A stretch of DNA of 64,000 nt from Vulcanimicrobiota bacterium (lineage in GTDB: Bacteria; Vulcanimicrobiota; Vulcanimicrobiia; Vulcanimicrobiales; Vulcanimicrobiaceae): NCBI GenBank assembly GCA_963812155.1, contig CAWETW010000002.1, forward strand, positions 128,001-192,000. The letters are read 5' to 3'. A program made the position numbers and the translations under genes. The notes beneath the pieces are model-generated. The model made no database searches. It saw nothing but the letters and a program-made list of their open reading frames with translations, and was not told the DNA's origin. Below, one piece after another: positions 20,866 through 29,920 of the stretch. Within the stretch, counting starts at the first letter, position 1; every line of letters begins with the position of its first letter.

Positions 20866-22038
20866 TTAGAACAAGATTCCGCTGAGTTTTTTCAGTATCT
20901 CGGAGAGCGGCATCTGGGTAAGCAGCAGCGGAGCGACGGGCAGGAGAGCCGCCGCGGCAAACGTCACGATCATCTGAAGGGTTATCGGTACGCCGCGCAT
21001 CGTCTGGACGATCTCGTAACTTCCCGACATGTCTGCGAGAGATTGGATGTCGGCGCTTCCGACCAGCGTCTCCTTATAATCGGTTTCCGGGACGATCCAC
21101 TTATCCTGAAATTCGTTCGCGTAACGGGCCGCCAGCGCGCCGTATTCGATAATGCCGCGCCGCTTTGCGCGCGTGAGCGAGCTCGCGAAGACCGTGAGCG
21201 GGGCGAGGGTTAGGCAAAGCACGAACACGACGACCGCCGCGATCTCGCCCTTGAACTCCGGTAGACTCGCCTTCGCGATGATGACTCGCGTCGAAAGCCA
21301 GCCGGCGAGCAAAGCCCCGTGCGCCATCGCGAAAAGCGCGAATACCTGCGTTCCGATAACCAGAAAGCCGAGACCTCCGACTCGATCGGGGTGCGTTGGG
21401 ACGAGGTTGAGCTTCAGCCGAGAGACCTGCGCCAAGAAGCGCGCCCAAATGAAGAGCCGGAAGTACCACCGCAGTAAGACGAACTCAAAGATAGGCAGGC
21501 TGAAATATGCGTAGCAAACGCCGGCGGGAGTCGGATGCGATCCTTGGGCGGCCGAACTTGCATACCACGTTGCAACGGATGCGACGTACAAACTGTGAAC
21601 GACCAGAGTGTCGAAGAAGTAGATGATGCCGATGAGCACCAAATCGGCGACGACGGAATCGCCAAGCCTGAACGCCGATGCAACCGCGGCCTCGAACCGG
21701 CGGCCCGACGCTTCGGGAACGAGACGCCGTGCGAGAAACTGCTGCAGGACGGGAAGCAGACGCGCTTCGCCCAACCGCGCTGCCAGAATGAAGAGCGGCA
21801 GCGCCACGAGCAAGCGGATGTGCGCCGAGAGATCGAGCAGGAACGGCTTTGCAACGCTTCCGGGGAGTAGCTTTCCGTCGAGCGTCGAGAGGATGAGGAG
21901 CGGAAGCCACGCGAGTAGCGGCAGTACGAGCATCGCCGCCATTCGGAGTCTCAGCAACGTGGCGTCCGTCACGCCAAGGCGCTGAAGGCCCCGCGAAACC
22001 AGGCCCCCGTTGAACGCCACGGCGCTGTTCGGAATCAC
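20866..22038 (-). CDS. Conserved hypothetical membrane protein
   Basis: Multiple TM helices; PTHPDRVGGLGFL and GSADIQSLAD motifs. Confidence 0.8.
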   Translation of the reverse strand: MIPNSAVAFNGGLVSRGLQRLGVTDATLLRLRMAAMLVLPLLAWLPLLILSTLDGKLLPGSVAKPFLLDLSAHIRLLVALPLFILAARLGEARLLPVLQQFLARRLVPEASGRRFEAAVASAFRLGDSVVADLVLIGIIYFFDTLVVHSLYVASVATWYASSAAQGSHPTPAGVCYAYFSLPIFEFVLLRWYFRLFIWARFLAQVSRLKLNLVPTHPDRVGGLGFLVIGTQVFALFAMAHGALLAGWLSTRVIIAKASLPEFKGEIAAVVVFVLCLTLAPLTVFASSLTRAKRRGIIEYGALAARYANEFQDKWIVPETDYKETLVGSADIQSLADMSGSYEIVQTMRGVPITLQMIVTFAAAALLPVAPLLLTQMPLSEILKKLSGILF

Positions 22039-22127
22039 TCCTGGCGTGCTTGCGCGGAAAGGGTATTTAGGCCTTCTCCCGGACTTACGTCAAACGCAAC
22101 TCCGTGAAATGAAGGGATCTGCCTGTT

Positions 22128-22688
22128 ATGAATTCGGACGAAGCCCGCTGGGAAAATCCGCAAGCGATGGCCATTCCAAAGGAAGGCTATTTCGAACGTG
22201 TGGAGGGCAACTATGGCCCGATCTTTCCGCGAACGCCGGCAAACTACGGCTTTACGATCATCGCGAAGCTCAAGCCGGGACGCGAGGCTGCGATGCGAAC
22301 GTTTGCCGATAACATAGAAAAGGCAATAAAAGCCGACCCGAACTTTCTCGCTGCGTTAAAATTGCACTTCTTAAAATGGGTGCTGTTCGATATCGGCGGC
22401 GAGACGTACTTTATGTATCAGGGAGTTTTCGATACCGATTTCGACAAGTACACTGATGACGCCGTGGCGCTGTTCGGGAAAGCGGGCTTGTCAACGTCGT
22501 TTGAAAATCTCGAGGGCTTTCCGGAAGACTGGAAAACCAATATTCCGGCTTTCATAAAGTTCGTCCGCGATCATCATCGGCCCAGCTTCTTGGAGTACGG
22601 CGAGTACCCGTACGTCAGCACGGACGAAATAAAGAAGGCGTTACGGATCAAGAAGACGTTCGGCGAGATGCTGGACCAGATGCAATAA
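22128..22688 (+). CDS. Hypothetical dimeric alpha/beta-barrel-like protein of the type found next to DyP genes
   Basis: LHFLKWVLFD...FDTDFDKY...EGFP...EYP pattern; fold assignment is inference. Confidence 0.75.
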   Translation: MNSDEARWENPQAMAIPKEGYFERVEGNYGPIFPRTPANYGFTIIAKLKPGREAAMRTFADNIEKAIKADPNFLAALKLHFLKWVLFDIGGETYFMYQGVFDTDFDKYTDDAVALFGKAGLSTSFENLEGFPEDWKTNIPAFIKFVRDHHRPSFLEYGEYPYVSTDEIKKALRIKKTFGEMLDQMQ

Positions 22689-22708
22689 GGCGAGCGAAGC
22701 CTATTTCC

Positions 22709-24133
22709 GTGACCGCATCGCATAACTCCGTGACCGAATCGTACGACCTCATCGCAATCGGTGCAGGGCCGGCCGGCGAGAGCGCAACCGAGCTGGCATC
22801 CTTCTTCGGCTTGCGGTCGGCCATAGTCGAGAAAAATCGGCCGGGCGGGACGGTTACGACCACCGGCGGCGCGCCGACGAAGACCCTGCGCGAAGCGGCG
22901 CTTTTCGTTTCGGGATTCCGCGATGCCGACGTCTACGGCCTGCGCGCGACGGTCCCGCCTGAAGTTGCGATGGACGTCATTCGCACCCGAACGTGGGGAG
23001 TGTGTTCGCTGCTTCAGGATCTTACGAAAAAGAACGTCCTGGCACGAAACGTCGATTATATCGAGGGGGAAGCGACGCTCGATCGCGAGGGCGGCGTTCG
23101 CGTTTCCCGCGAGGGTCGCACGCTTGCAACCCTGCGCGCGAAGGTCGTCCTCATCGCGACCGGATCGCGCCCGCGGCGGCCGAAGGGGGCCGCCTTCGAA
23201 CTATCCGGCGTTTTCGATACCGACACGATTCTCTATCGGGAGCGCGGCGCACCCAAGGCGATCGTCATCGTCGGGGGCGGCCCCGTCGGTATTGAGTTCG
23301 CGACCATCTGCCACGCATTGGGATCTCATGTCACGATCGTCGATCGCGGCGAGCGCTTGGCAACGATAATGGACGGCGAAATCGCCGAGCGCATGGAGCG
23401 TCTGTTTCGCGAGTGGGGCGTCGACGTGAAGTTCGGTTGTACGGTGGACGACGTCGCCGCGAGCGGAGACGATCTCGACGTTACGCTTTCGACGCAAGAG
23501 CACGTCGCCGCCGACACGGTGCTGATCGCAGCAGGCCGCGCCGCCAATACCGAAGGGCTGGGTCTCGAATCGGCCGGCGTGCGCGTCGACGCACGCGGGC
23601 AAATCGAAGTGGACGCCCGCTTTCGCACGTCGGCCGACGGTATCTACGCGGCCGGCGACGTCCTCAGACCCACGCTCGCCTCGATTGCGATGGAGCAGGG
23701 ACGCGCGGCAATCTGTTGCGCTTTCGGGTTCCCGTTTGAAGGGAACGTGGATCCGACACCCGTCTCGGCTATCTACGGCATGCCGGAACTCTCGGGAGCG
23801 GGTCTTACCGAAGAGGATTGTCGCGAGCGCGGATTGAGCTACGAGGTCGGCCGCGCCGACCTCGCACTGACGCCGCGCGGCGCGATTGCGGGACGCGGAG
23901 GTTTGCTCAAGCTGATTTTCCAAACGGACGACCGGAAACTCGTCGGCGTTCATTGCATCGGCGAGATCGCGTCGGAAATCGTCGGAATAGGCCAAATGGC
24001 GATTCGCTGCGGGGGTACGCTGAACACCCTAGCGACGATGTCGTTCAATACGCCGACGTATAGCTACGCGTACAAATATGCGGCACTCGACGGACTGCGG
24101 CGCCTCGCCGCACGGGGAGATGGCACACGATGA
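22709..24133 (+). CDS. SthA-like (soluble transhydrogenase-like) flavoprotein of the pyridine nucleotide-disulfide oxidoreductase family
   Basis: IGAGPAG, ATGSRP, GGGPVGIEFA, IYAAGDV, FNTPTYS; no CxxxxC. Confidence 0.8.
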   Translation: MTASHNSVTESYDLIAIGAGPAGESATELASFFGLRSAIVEKNRPGGTVTTTGGAPTKTLREAALFVSGFRDADVYGLRATVPPEVAMDVIRTRTWGVCSLLQDLTKKNVLARNVDYIEGEATLDREGGVRVSREGRTLATLRAKVVLIATGSRPRRPKGAAFELSGVFDTDTILYRERGAPKAIVIVGGGPVGIEFATICHALGSHVTIVDRGERLATIMDGEIAERMERLFREWGVDVKFGCTVDDVAASGDDLDVTLSTQEHVAADTVLIAAGRAANTEGLGLESAGVRVDARGQIEVDARFRTSADGIYAAGDVLRPTLASIAMEQGRAAICCAFGFPFEGNVDPTPVSAIYGMPELSGAGLTEEDCRERGLSYEVGRADLALTPRGAIAGRGGLLKLIFQTDDRKLVGVHCIGEIASEIVGIGQMAIRCGGTLNTLATMSFNTPTYSYAYKYAALDGLRRLAARGDGTR

Positions 24134-25143
24134 CGGCTTCGGCATTGGGCAGAACCTATAATCAGCCCCACGTACCGCGAAAGTACGCGGCCGGGAAGCG
24201 CCGATTCAGCGTGTACTGGACCTGGAGTTATCCCTTCGAGGCGAATCGCGACGTCACGCAGCTCGACAATCGCTTTTCGACGATGACCGAAGTCCGGCGC
24301 GTCGCGTGGCCGGCCTACGAGACGAACGAATATTCGGCGAAGATGTTCTTACAAGGCATCGCCGGAACGCTCGAGCTCTTTCATCTCTCGCTGGTGAATT
24401 TCCAAAACGCGGTTGAGGAAGCTACCGGGAACGCGGTGGCCGTGTACCAGCGCGTCGACCAGGCCGGCCAGAAGTTGCCGATCGACGAGCGCATTTTAGC
24501 CGATACCGACACGCTCATGATCTTCGGCCTCGACCACATGGCCGGCGACGAAGAAGCCTCGCCCGCGGAAATCGCGGCGCTCGAGGACTTCTTGAGTCGC
24601 GACGGCACGTGTCTCATTCTCGGGCCCCATCACGACGTCGGCGCGTCGTCGGATTTGAAGGTTCGCGACATGGAATACTACCATCACGGCGACGCGCTCG
24701 TGCCGCGGCAGCAACGCTTCGCGAAATACGTGCGCTCGCTGATGAAAGGGCTCGGCGTGCCGGTCGAAAACCGCTACGGGCTGCGTCCGGCGACGCACGC
24801 GGGCACGACCCGCCCGGTACCGATCGTTGCAGCCCACGATCTAGACGCGCGCGGCTGGCTGACGGGCGTCTCGTCGTTCGTGTTCCACATGCACCTGCCG
24901 CACTACGCGCTGACCGAAGAGCATCCCAAAGGCATTCACGTGCTTGCGCGCCAGCCGGTGGATTTGTCGAAGCCGCACCCCTTCACCGAGGCGGGCAATC
25001 GGGAGATCAACATGTTTCTTTGGATTCCGCCTGCGGGCAAACGCGCGGGCGACATCCTGTTCGCCGATTCGACCATCTTCACGACGCTCTTCGGCGGCGA
25101 TGAAAGCTTGACGCGTTTCTGGCAAAATCTCGCTACAAAGTAG
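24130..25143 (+). CDS. His-rich conserved hypothetical protein
   Basis: ATGA overlap with the upstream gene; GPHHDVG, YYHHGD, FHMHLPHY. Confidence 0.8.
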   Translation: MTASALGRTYNQPHVPRKYAAGKRRFSVYWTWSYPFEANRDVTQLDNRFSTMTEVRRVAWPAYETNEYSAKMFLQGIAGTLELFHLSLVNFQNAVEEATGNAVAVYQRVDQAGQKLPIDERILADTDTLMIFGLDHMAGDEEASPAEIAALEDFLSRDGTCLILGPHHDVGASSDLKVRDMEYYHHGDALVPRQQRFAKYVRSLMKGLGVPVENRYGLRPATHAGTTRPVPIVAAHDLDARGWLTGVSSFVFHMHLPHYALTEEHPKGIHVLARQPVDLSKPHPFTEAGNREINMFLWIPPAGKRAGDILFADSTIFTTLFGGDESLTRFWQNLATK

Positions 25144-25149
25144 GAAACG

Positions 25150-26472
25150 ATGGCAAATCTCGAACTCGACGACATTCAAAGCGGCGCGCTTCGGCCGCGC
25201 CCCACCCCTTTTGCCGCGACCTACATCATCCTCCGAATCGACGATCGCACCGCCGGCCGCGCGTTGATGCGCCGCCTGAGCGGCGTCGTCGCGTCGGCCG
25301 CGCATCCCGAGAGTCCCGCGCGCGATACGTGGGTGAGCGCGTCGCTAACGTTTCAAGGGCTCAAGAAACTGGGCGTTCCACAACCTTCGCTCGATAGTTT
25401 TTCACCGCAATTTCGGCAAGGCATGGCGGCGCGAGCGCGACAGTTGCACGACGTCGGCGAGAACGCTCCCGAGCACTGGGAGAAGCCGCTCGGCACGGAC
25501 GACGTGCACGTCGTGTTGACGGGAATTTCGACCGATGCGGCGCGGCTGGAAACGGCGATCGGCCGGGCGCGCGAAGCGTATCAGACGACGCCTGGAATCA
25601 CCGCGATTTGGCGGCAAGATTGCTACGCACTTCCGACCGAGACCGAGCCGTTCGGTTTCAAGGACGGCATCAGCCATCCGGCGATCGAAGGCAGCGGCAT
25701 TCCCGGAACGAACCCGCACGAGGTTCCGTTGAAGGCGGGCGAGTTCGTTCTCGGATACCCCGACGAATACGGCGGCATTCCGGCGATTCCGCAGCCGGAC
25801 GTGCTAGGCCGCAACGCGAGCTACATCGTGTTTCGAAAACTGTACCAGCGGGTTGCAGCATTTCGCCAATACCTCAAAGCAAACGCGTCGAATCCCGGCG
25901 ACGAGGAGTTTTTGGCGGCCAAGATGATGGGACGCTGGCGCAGCGGGGCTCCGCTCGCGTCCTGTCCCGTTCACGACGATCCTGCGATCGGCGCCGACTC
26001 GGCGAAGAATAACGATTTCTTGTTCAAAGCGGACGATCCGCTCGGATACAAGACGCCGCTCGGATCGCATATCCGTCGCGTGAATCCCCGCGACGCCGAC
26101 GTCGCGGGCGTCGCGCGAATTCATCGCATGATTCGGCGCGGGACGGCGTACGGGCCGCTCTTGCCCGAGGGCGTGCTCGAAGACGACGGTGCAGATCGAG
26201 GGCTCATGTTCGCGTTCGTCGGCGCGAATCTCGGCCGTCAGTTCGAATTCGTCCAGTCCGAATGGATGAACGACAGCGCCTTTTTTGGTGGCGCGTCGGA
26301 GCAAGATCCGATCGCCGGCGCGGCCGACGACAGTGGAATATTTCCGATACCGCGCAGGCCGATCCGAAGGGTCCTTGCGGGGCTGCCGCGATTCGTCGTC
26401 ACGCGCGGCGGAGAGTACTGCTTCCTGCCGAGTCTGAGCGCGCTGCGCTGGCTCGGAGACCTCGACGCCTAG
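25150..26472 (+). CDS. Dyp-type (dye-decolorizing) peroxidase
   Basis: LELDDIQ, GFKDGISHP (GxxDG), SHIRRVNPR, RMIRRG, QFEFVQ, GGEYCFLPS. Confidence 0.92.
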   Translation: MANLELDDIQSGALRPRPTPFAATYIILRIDDRTAGRALMRRLSGVVASAAHPESPARDTWVSASLTFQGLKKLGVPQPSLDSFSPQFRQGMAARARQLHDVGENAPEHWEKPLGTDDVHVVLTGISTDAARLETAIGRAREAYQTTPGITAIWRQDCYALPTETEPFGFKDGISHPAIEGSGIPGTNPHEVPLKAGEFVLGYPDEYGGIPAIPQPDVLGRNASYIVFRKLYQRVAAFRQYLKANASNPGDEEFLAAKMMGRWRSGAPLASCPVHDDPAIGADSAKNNDFLFKADDPLGYKTPLGSHIRRVNPRDADVAGVARIHRMIRRGTAYGPLLPEGVLEDDGADRGLMFAFVGANLGRQFEFVQSEWMNDSAFFGGASEQDPIAGAADDSGIFPIPRRPIRRVLAGLPRFVVTRGGEYCFLPSLSALRWLGDLDA

Positions 26473-26496
26473 ACCGCACATCACTATAGTAGTTCG

Positions 26497-27153
26497 ATGC
26501 AACCCCAGTCGAGCGAGCGGACTGCCTCGCGTCTAGGCGCGGTGCTCGTCGTGCTGACGATCGTCGTGCTTATTATGGTATTGCCGCGACGCTACAGCCT
26601 GATGCCGAGCTGGTTCGCGTATATCGGCGTTGCGTTGATGTTGGTGCCGATGCTTCTGGCCTGGGCGAAGCCGGGAAGTCGCGCGTGGCGACGATTCGAG
26701 CGCATCGCCGAATTCTTTGCCGTCGGTGCCGCGCTCGCGTTCAACTCGCTCAATCTTTTCGTGGCGGCGTACAACCTTGTCGAAAACCCCGGGAAACTCG
26801 AGCCGGTTCCCTTATTCTATACGTCCATCGGAATCTGGACGGGCAACATTCTCATCTTTACGTTGATGTATTGGCTGGTGGATAGCGGCGGTCCCGACGC
26901 CCGTCTGAACCACAAAGCACCGTATCCGGACTTCGACTTCCCCGCGATGGCCGACGATGCGCCGGTTCCACCCGACTGGCGGCCCGGCATGATCGATTAT
27001 CTTTTTCTCGGCTTCACGACGTCCACCGCATTCAGCCCCACGGAGGCGATGCCGCTAACGCAACGCGCGAAACTGCTCGTCATCGCTCAAAGCGCAATCT
27101 CGCTCATCACGATCGCAATCGTCGCCGCGCGCACGATCAATATCTTGAAATAA
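26497..27153 (+). CDS. DUF1345-like membrane protein
   Basis: TM helices; DFDFP...WRPGMIDYLFLGFTTSTAFSPT. Confidence 0.8.
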   Translation: MQPQSSERTASRLGAVLVVLTIVVLIMVLPRRYSLMPSWFAYIGVALMLVPMLLAWAKPGSRAWRRFERIAEFFAVGAALAFNSLNLFVAAYNLVENPGKLEPVPLFYTSIGIWTGNILIFTLMYWLVDSGGPDARLNHKAPYPDFDFPAMADDAPVPPDWRPGMIDYLFLGFTTSTAFSPTEAMPLTQRAKLLVIAQSAISLITIAIVAARTINILK

Positions 27154-27160
27154 CGTCGCT

Positions 27161-28186
27161 TTAGCTAGCCGGTGGTGCCGGCGATGACGGTTTGGCCGTA
27201 CCGTTGGTCGGTATGAGGTCGAGCGTAACGGTATCGAGCCGATACGTACCGGCGCCGACGAAGCTGTTGGGCTGCGCGCACACGACGCTGTTTTCCGGAC
27301 CGTAGACGACGACGAGCCCTGTCGGTCCGCACTGCGTCTGCGTTAGTTGATAGGTCGTAAGAAATGTTGCGCCGGGCGTACCGGCCTGAACTTCGTACGA
27401 GTTGTACGTAACGTCGGTATCTTCGTCGACGATTGCGCCGTATACGGCTGCCGACGTCACGCCGATCGCCATCGCACCCCAGAAGCCTCCACCCCAATAG
27501 TAAGGCACCGGAGCCCACATGGCGCCGCCGTTCCATCCGTAGTAGCCGCCGCCGCCGTACACCGGATTGTTCACGATGACGTTGTTGCCGCCACCGCCTC
27601 CTCCGCCGCCGGGACGAGTGCCACCGGCACCTCCGACGCCGCCCACGCCACCAACGCCGCCGACTCCACCGACGCCGCCGACGCCACCGACTCCGCCGAC
27701 GCCCCCAACACCGCCGACGCCCCCAACACCGCCGGGACGGCCAGGGCCTCCCACGCCGCCCACGCCGCCAACATTACCCGGGCCGCCGGGCCCGCCGGGA
27801 CGGCCTGGGCCGCCGACGCCGCCAACACCACCCGGACCGCCGACGCCGCCGACTCCACCGGGACGTTGCGCGACGCCGGGCCTTTGCATTCCACTGCCGG
27901 GAAGATTATTGGGACGCTGCGCCATGCCGGAGCGTTGCATCCCGCCCCCGCGCGAAAAATCTGACCCTCCGAGACCGAACCCCCCGCCGCCGGAGCGTCC
28001 ACCGCCGCTCGGGCGCGCGCCGCCGCTGGGACGCGCACCGCCGCCGCGTGCGCCACCGCCGCCCGCGCGCGCACCGCCGCCTCCGCGCCCGCCGCCGCCG
28101 CCGCGTCCTCCGCCACGCTGCGCGTCAGCCGGAATGCAAAACTGCGCGACGATCGCGAGCGACAACAAAAATGCAAGGTACTTCAC
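27161..28186 (-). CDS. Secreted glycine-rich repeat protein
   Basis: Signal peptide, RGG tract, (GGV)n and GGPG repeats, aromatic YYGW/YYWG segment, two-Cys C-terminal domain. Confidence 0.75.
   Translation of the reverse strand: MKYLAFLLSLAIVAQFCIPADAQRGGGRGGGGGRGGGGARAGGGGARGGGARPSGGARPSGGGRSGGGGFGLGGSDFSRGGGMQRSGMAQRPNNLPGSGMQRPGVAQRPGGVGGVGGPGGVGGVGGPGRPGGPGGPGNVGGVGGVGGPGRPGGVGGVGGVGGVGGVGGVGGVGGVGGVGGVGGVGGAGGTRPGGGGGGGGNNVIVNNPVYGGGGYYGWNGGAMWAPVPYYWGGGFWGAMAIGVTSAAVYGAIVDEDTDVTYNSYEVQAGTPGATFLTTYQLTQTQCGPTGLVVVYGPENSVVCAQPNSFVGAGTYRLDTVTLDLIPTNGTAKPSSPAPPAS
27590..28110 (-). repeat. Low-complexity tandem repeats encoding GGV/GGP/RGG
   Basis: Degenerate 9-nt units such as ACGCCGCCG on the + strand. 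Confidence 0.8.
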
Positions 28187-28638
28187 TCGCGTATGACCTC
28201 GTCCATTCGCCCACGCGCGTCGATAAACGTACCGTCCCGCAGCGTGATGGCAAGCATCACGCTATCCGCGGGGAGCTTCTGCGACGAGAACATCATCGTT
28301 TGTGCGTCGTTGGTGTCGTTAAAGTAGATCGTGCCGCTCTTCAAATCGAGCGCGTTGCTCTCGCCGTGCTGCACGAGAGCGGCCGACTTCGGAAAGCACA
28401 CCATGATCTTTCCCTGATAGGAACACGCGGCTCGCGTGACGACGAGTGTCCCGTCGCCGTCGTCGGACGTCAAGAAGAGCGATCCGGAAAAGACCTTGAT
28501 TTCGACGTCGTTATACGAACGCTGCCCGCTGCTTATCCGGTGGATGTTCATCGTTCCGATTGCGCTCGCCGGAGCCGGTACCAGAATGCAGCAGGCCGTC
28601 AATGCCGCCGCTACCACGATCTTTGATAGGAAATCCAA
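28183..28638 (-). CDS. Hypothetical secreted protein
   Basis: Signal peptide; GTGA overlap with the Gly-rich gene. Confidence 0.7.
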   Translation of the reverse strand: MDFLSKIVVAAALTACCILVPAPASAIGTMNIHRISSGQRSYNDVEIKVFSGSLFLTSDDGDGTLVVTRAACSYQGKIMVCFPKSAALVQHGESNALDLKSGTIYFNDTNDAQTMMFSSQKLPADSVMLAITLRDGTFIDARGRMDEVIRE

Positions 28639-28771
28639 GGCTCAGGTCACCTACGGTATAGCAATTCTGACGTAGCGTAACGCGGCGCCTGACTCGCTGC
28701 AACCACGCGCCAAGGTCCACCTGACAAATGGAGGCTGCACGTCAAAGAGCGCTCCCGCCGGCTCTGATTTC

Positions 28772-29722
28772 CTACGCCGACGATGCCATACGGCCAACCC
28801 GAAGCGTCTCATTGCGATCGGTCGAATCGACCCAATCGGTTCCGATGTCTTGCAGTTGTTTGAATTTCCAAGCCGTATCTTCGTCGGCGGGTGCCATCAT
28901 GCGCAAGATCAGGTCCGGCCGAATGGGTGCACTGCAGTTCGTGAAGTACACTGCCAGGCTCCCAACCAGAGGATGGTTTCGAACCGCGACGTTTTCGTCC
29001 ATCGACTCGCCCGCGACAGTCCGCCGGTTCCAAGCTCGTTGAAAGAGCACATGTCCCTTGCTCCGCTCGTAGACGGCGCTTGCGAACGGGCTGGGCCGCC
29101 GCGACGAATGGTTGAGCCGAAGCATTCCCACGGCGCGGAAGACGAACTCTTCCCGCTCGGCGCCAAGAAACGTAATCAAGGCGGGATCGAAGAGGGCGCG
29201 GATGAGCCCGTTACGCTCTACCGGGTGCTCGTGGCGGGTATGACCGTACATCGCATCCGCCAGGGCGTTCCATCGAAGCGGCGTGAGAATTTTATCGGTG
29301 ACCGTCACTGCGACGCCTCGGAGGCTACCCAACAGTGCCGGAAACGACGAGGGAATGGTGGCCTCGGATTCGGCGCCGTCGAAGGGTGATGGGCGCCGTA
29401 GCCCGGCGAGCTCGAGCATGTACTCGAACTCGGCGCTCGATAGCTGCAAAGCCGCGGCGATCCCGATCAAGGTCGATTCAGACGGGTGTATTTCGTCGCC
29501 CGCCTCGACCCGCGCATACCACTTGACGCCGATGTCGGCAAGAAATGCAACTTCTTCCCGGCGCAAACCGGGCGTACGACGGCCGCGGCGGGACACGATG
29601 CCCACTTGTTCGGGGCTAATGGCCTCGCGCCGCTTGCGCAAGAAGCGACCGAGGGCTTGGTGAGCTGTTTCAGTCGTCTCACGGGCCCCGGCTGAGTCAA
29701 AAAGCCGGTCAGGCATAGCCAC
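28772..29722 (-). CDS. XRE HTH + MmyB-like ligand-binding transcriptional regulator
   Basis: LGRFLRKRRE...RRTPGLRREEVAFLADIGVKWY, WNALA, HPLVG. Confidence 0.9.
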   Translation of the reverse strand: MAMPDRLFDSAGARETTETAHQALGRFLRKRREAISPEQVGIVSRRGRRTPGLRREEVAFLADIGVKWYARVEAGDEIHPSESTLIGIAAALQLSSAEFEYMLELAGLRRPSPFDGAESEATIPSSFPALLGSLRGVAVTVTDKILTPLRWNALADAMYGHTRHEHPVERNGLIRALFDPALITFLGAEREEFVFRAVGMLRLNHSSRRPSPFASAVYERSKGHVLFQRAWNRRTVAGESMDENVAVRNHPLVGSLAVYFTNCSAPIRPDLILRMMAPADEDTAWKFKQLQDIGTDWVDSTDRNETLRVGRMASSA

Positions 29723-29920
29723 ACCTTCGTAGCAACCGAGCGGTTCTAATCATACGCTTAGAAACCGCCAGTGTCAAAACGGCCTTCAAACCAGGTTTTC
29801 TTGCCGTGACCGCTGCGTGCATTTCGCGAAGTTGGACTGCCACCTCCGAAGGGTCACCTCGCTAGGGGACCCTTTGCGAGGGTTAATAACCAATGGCGCG
29901 GCGCCGCATCGTGGGTGTAG

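Noticed and set aside
26430..26472. Encapsulin targeting peptide on DyP
   Set aside because: The C-terminus LRWLGDLDA lacks the GSLxIGSL-type motif, and no encapsulin gene is in the window.
27567..28196. Pro-rich (PTP)n ORF on the + strand
   Set aside because: Antisense shadow of the Gly-rich gene, which has a signal peptide and a coupled start.
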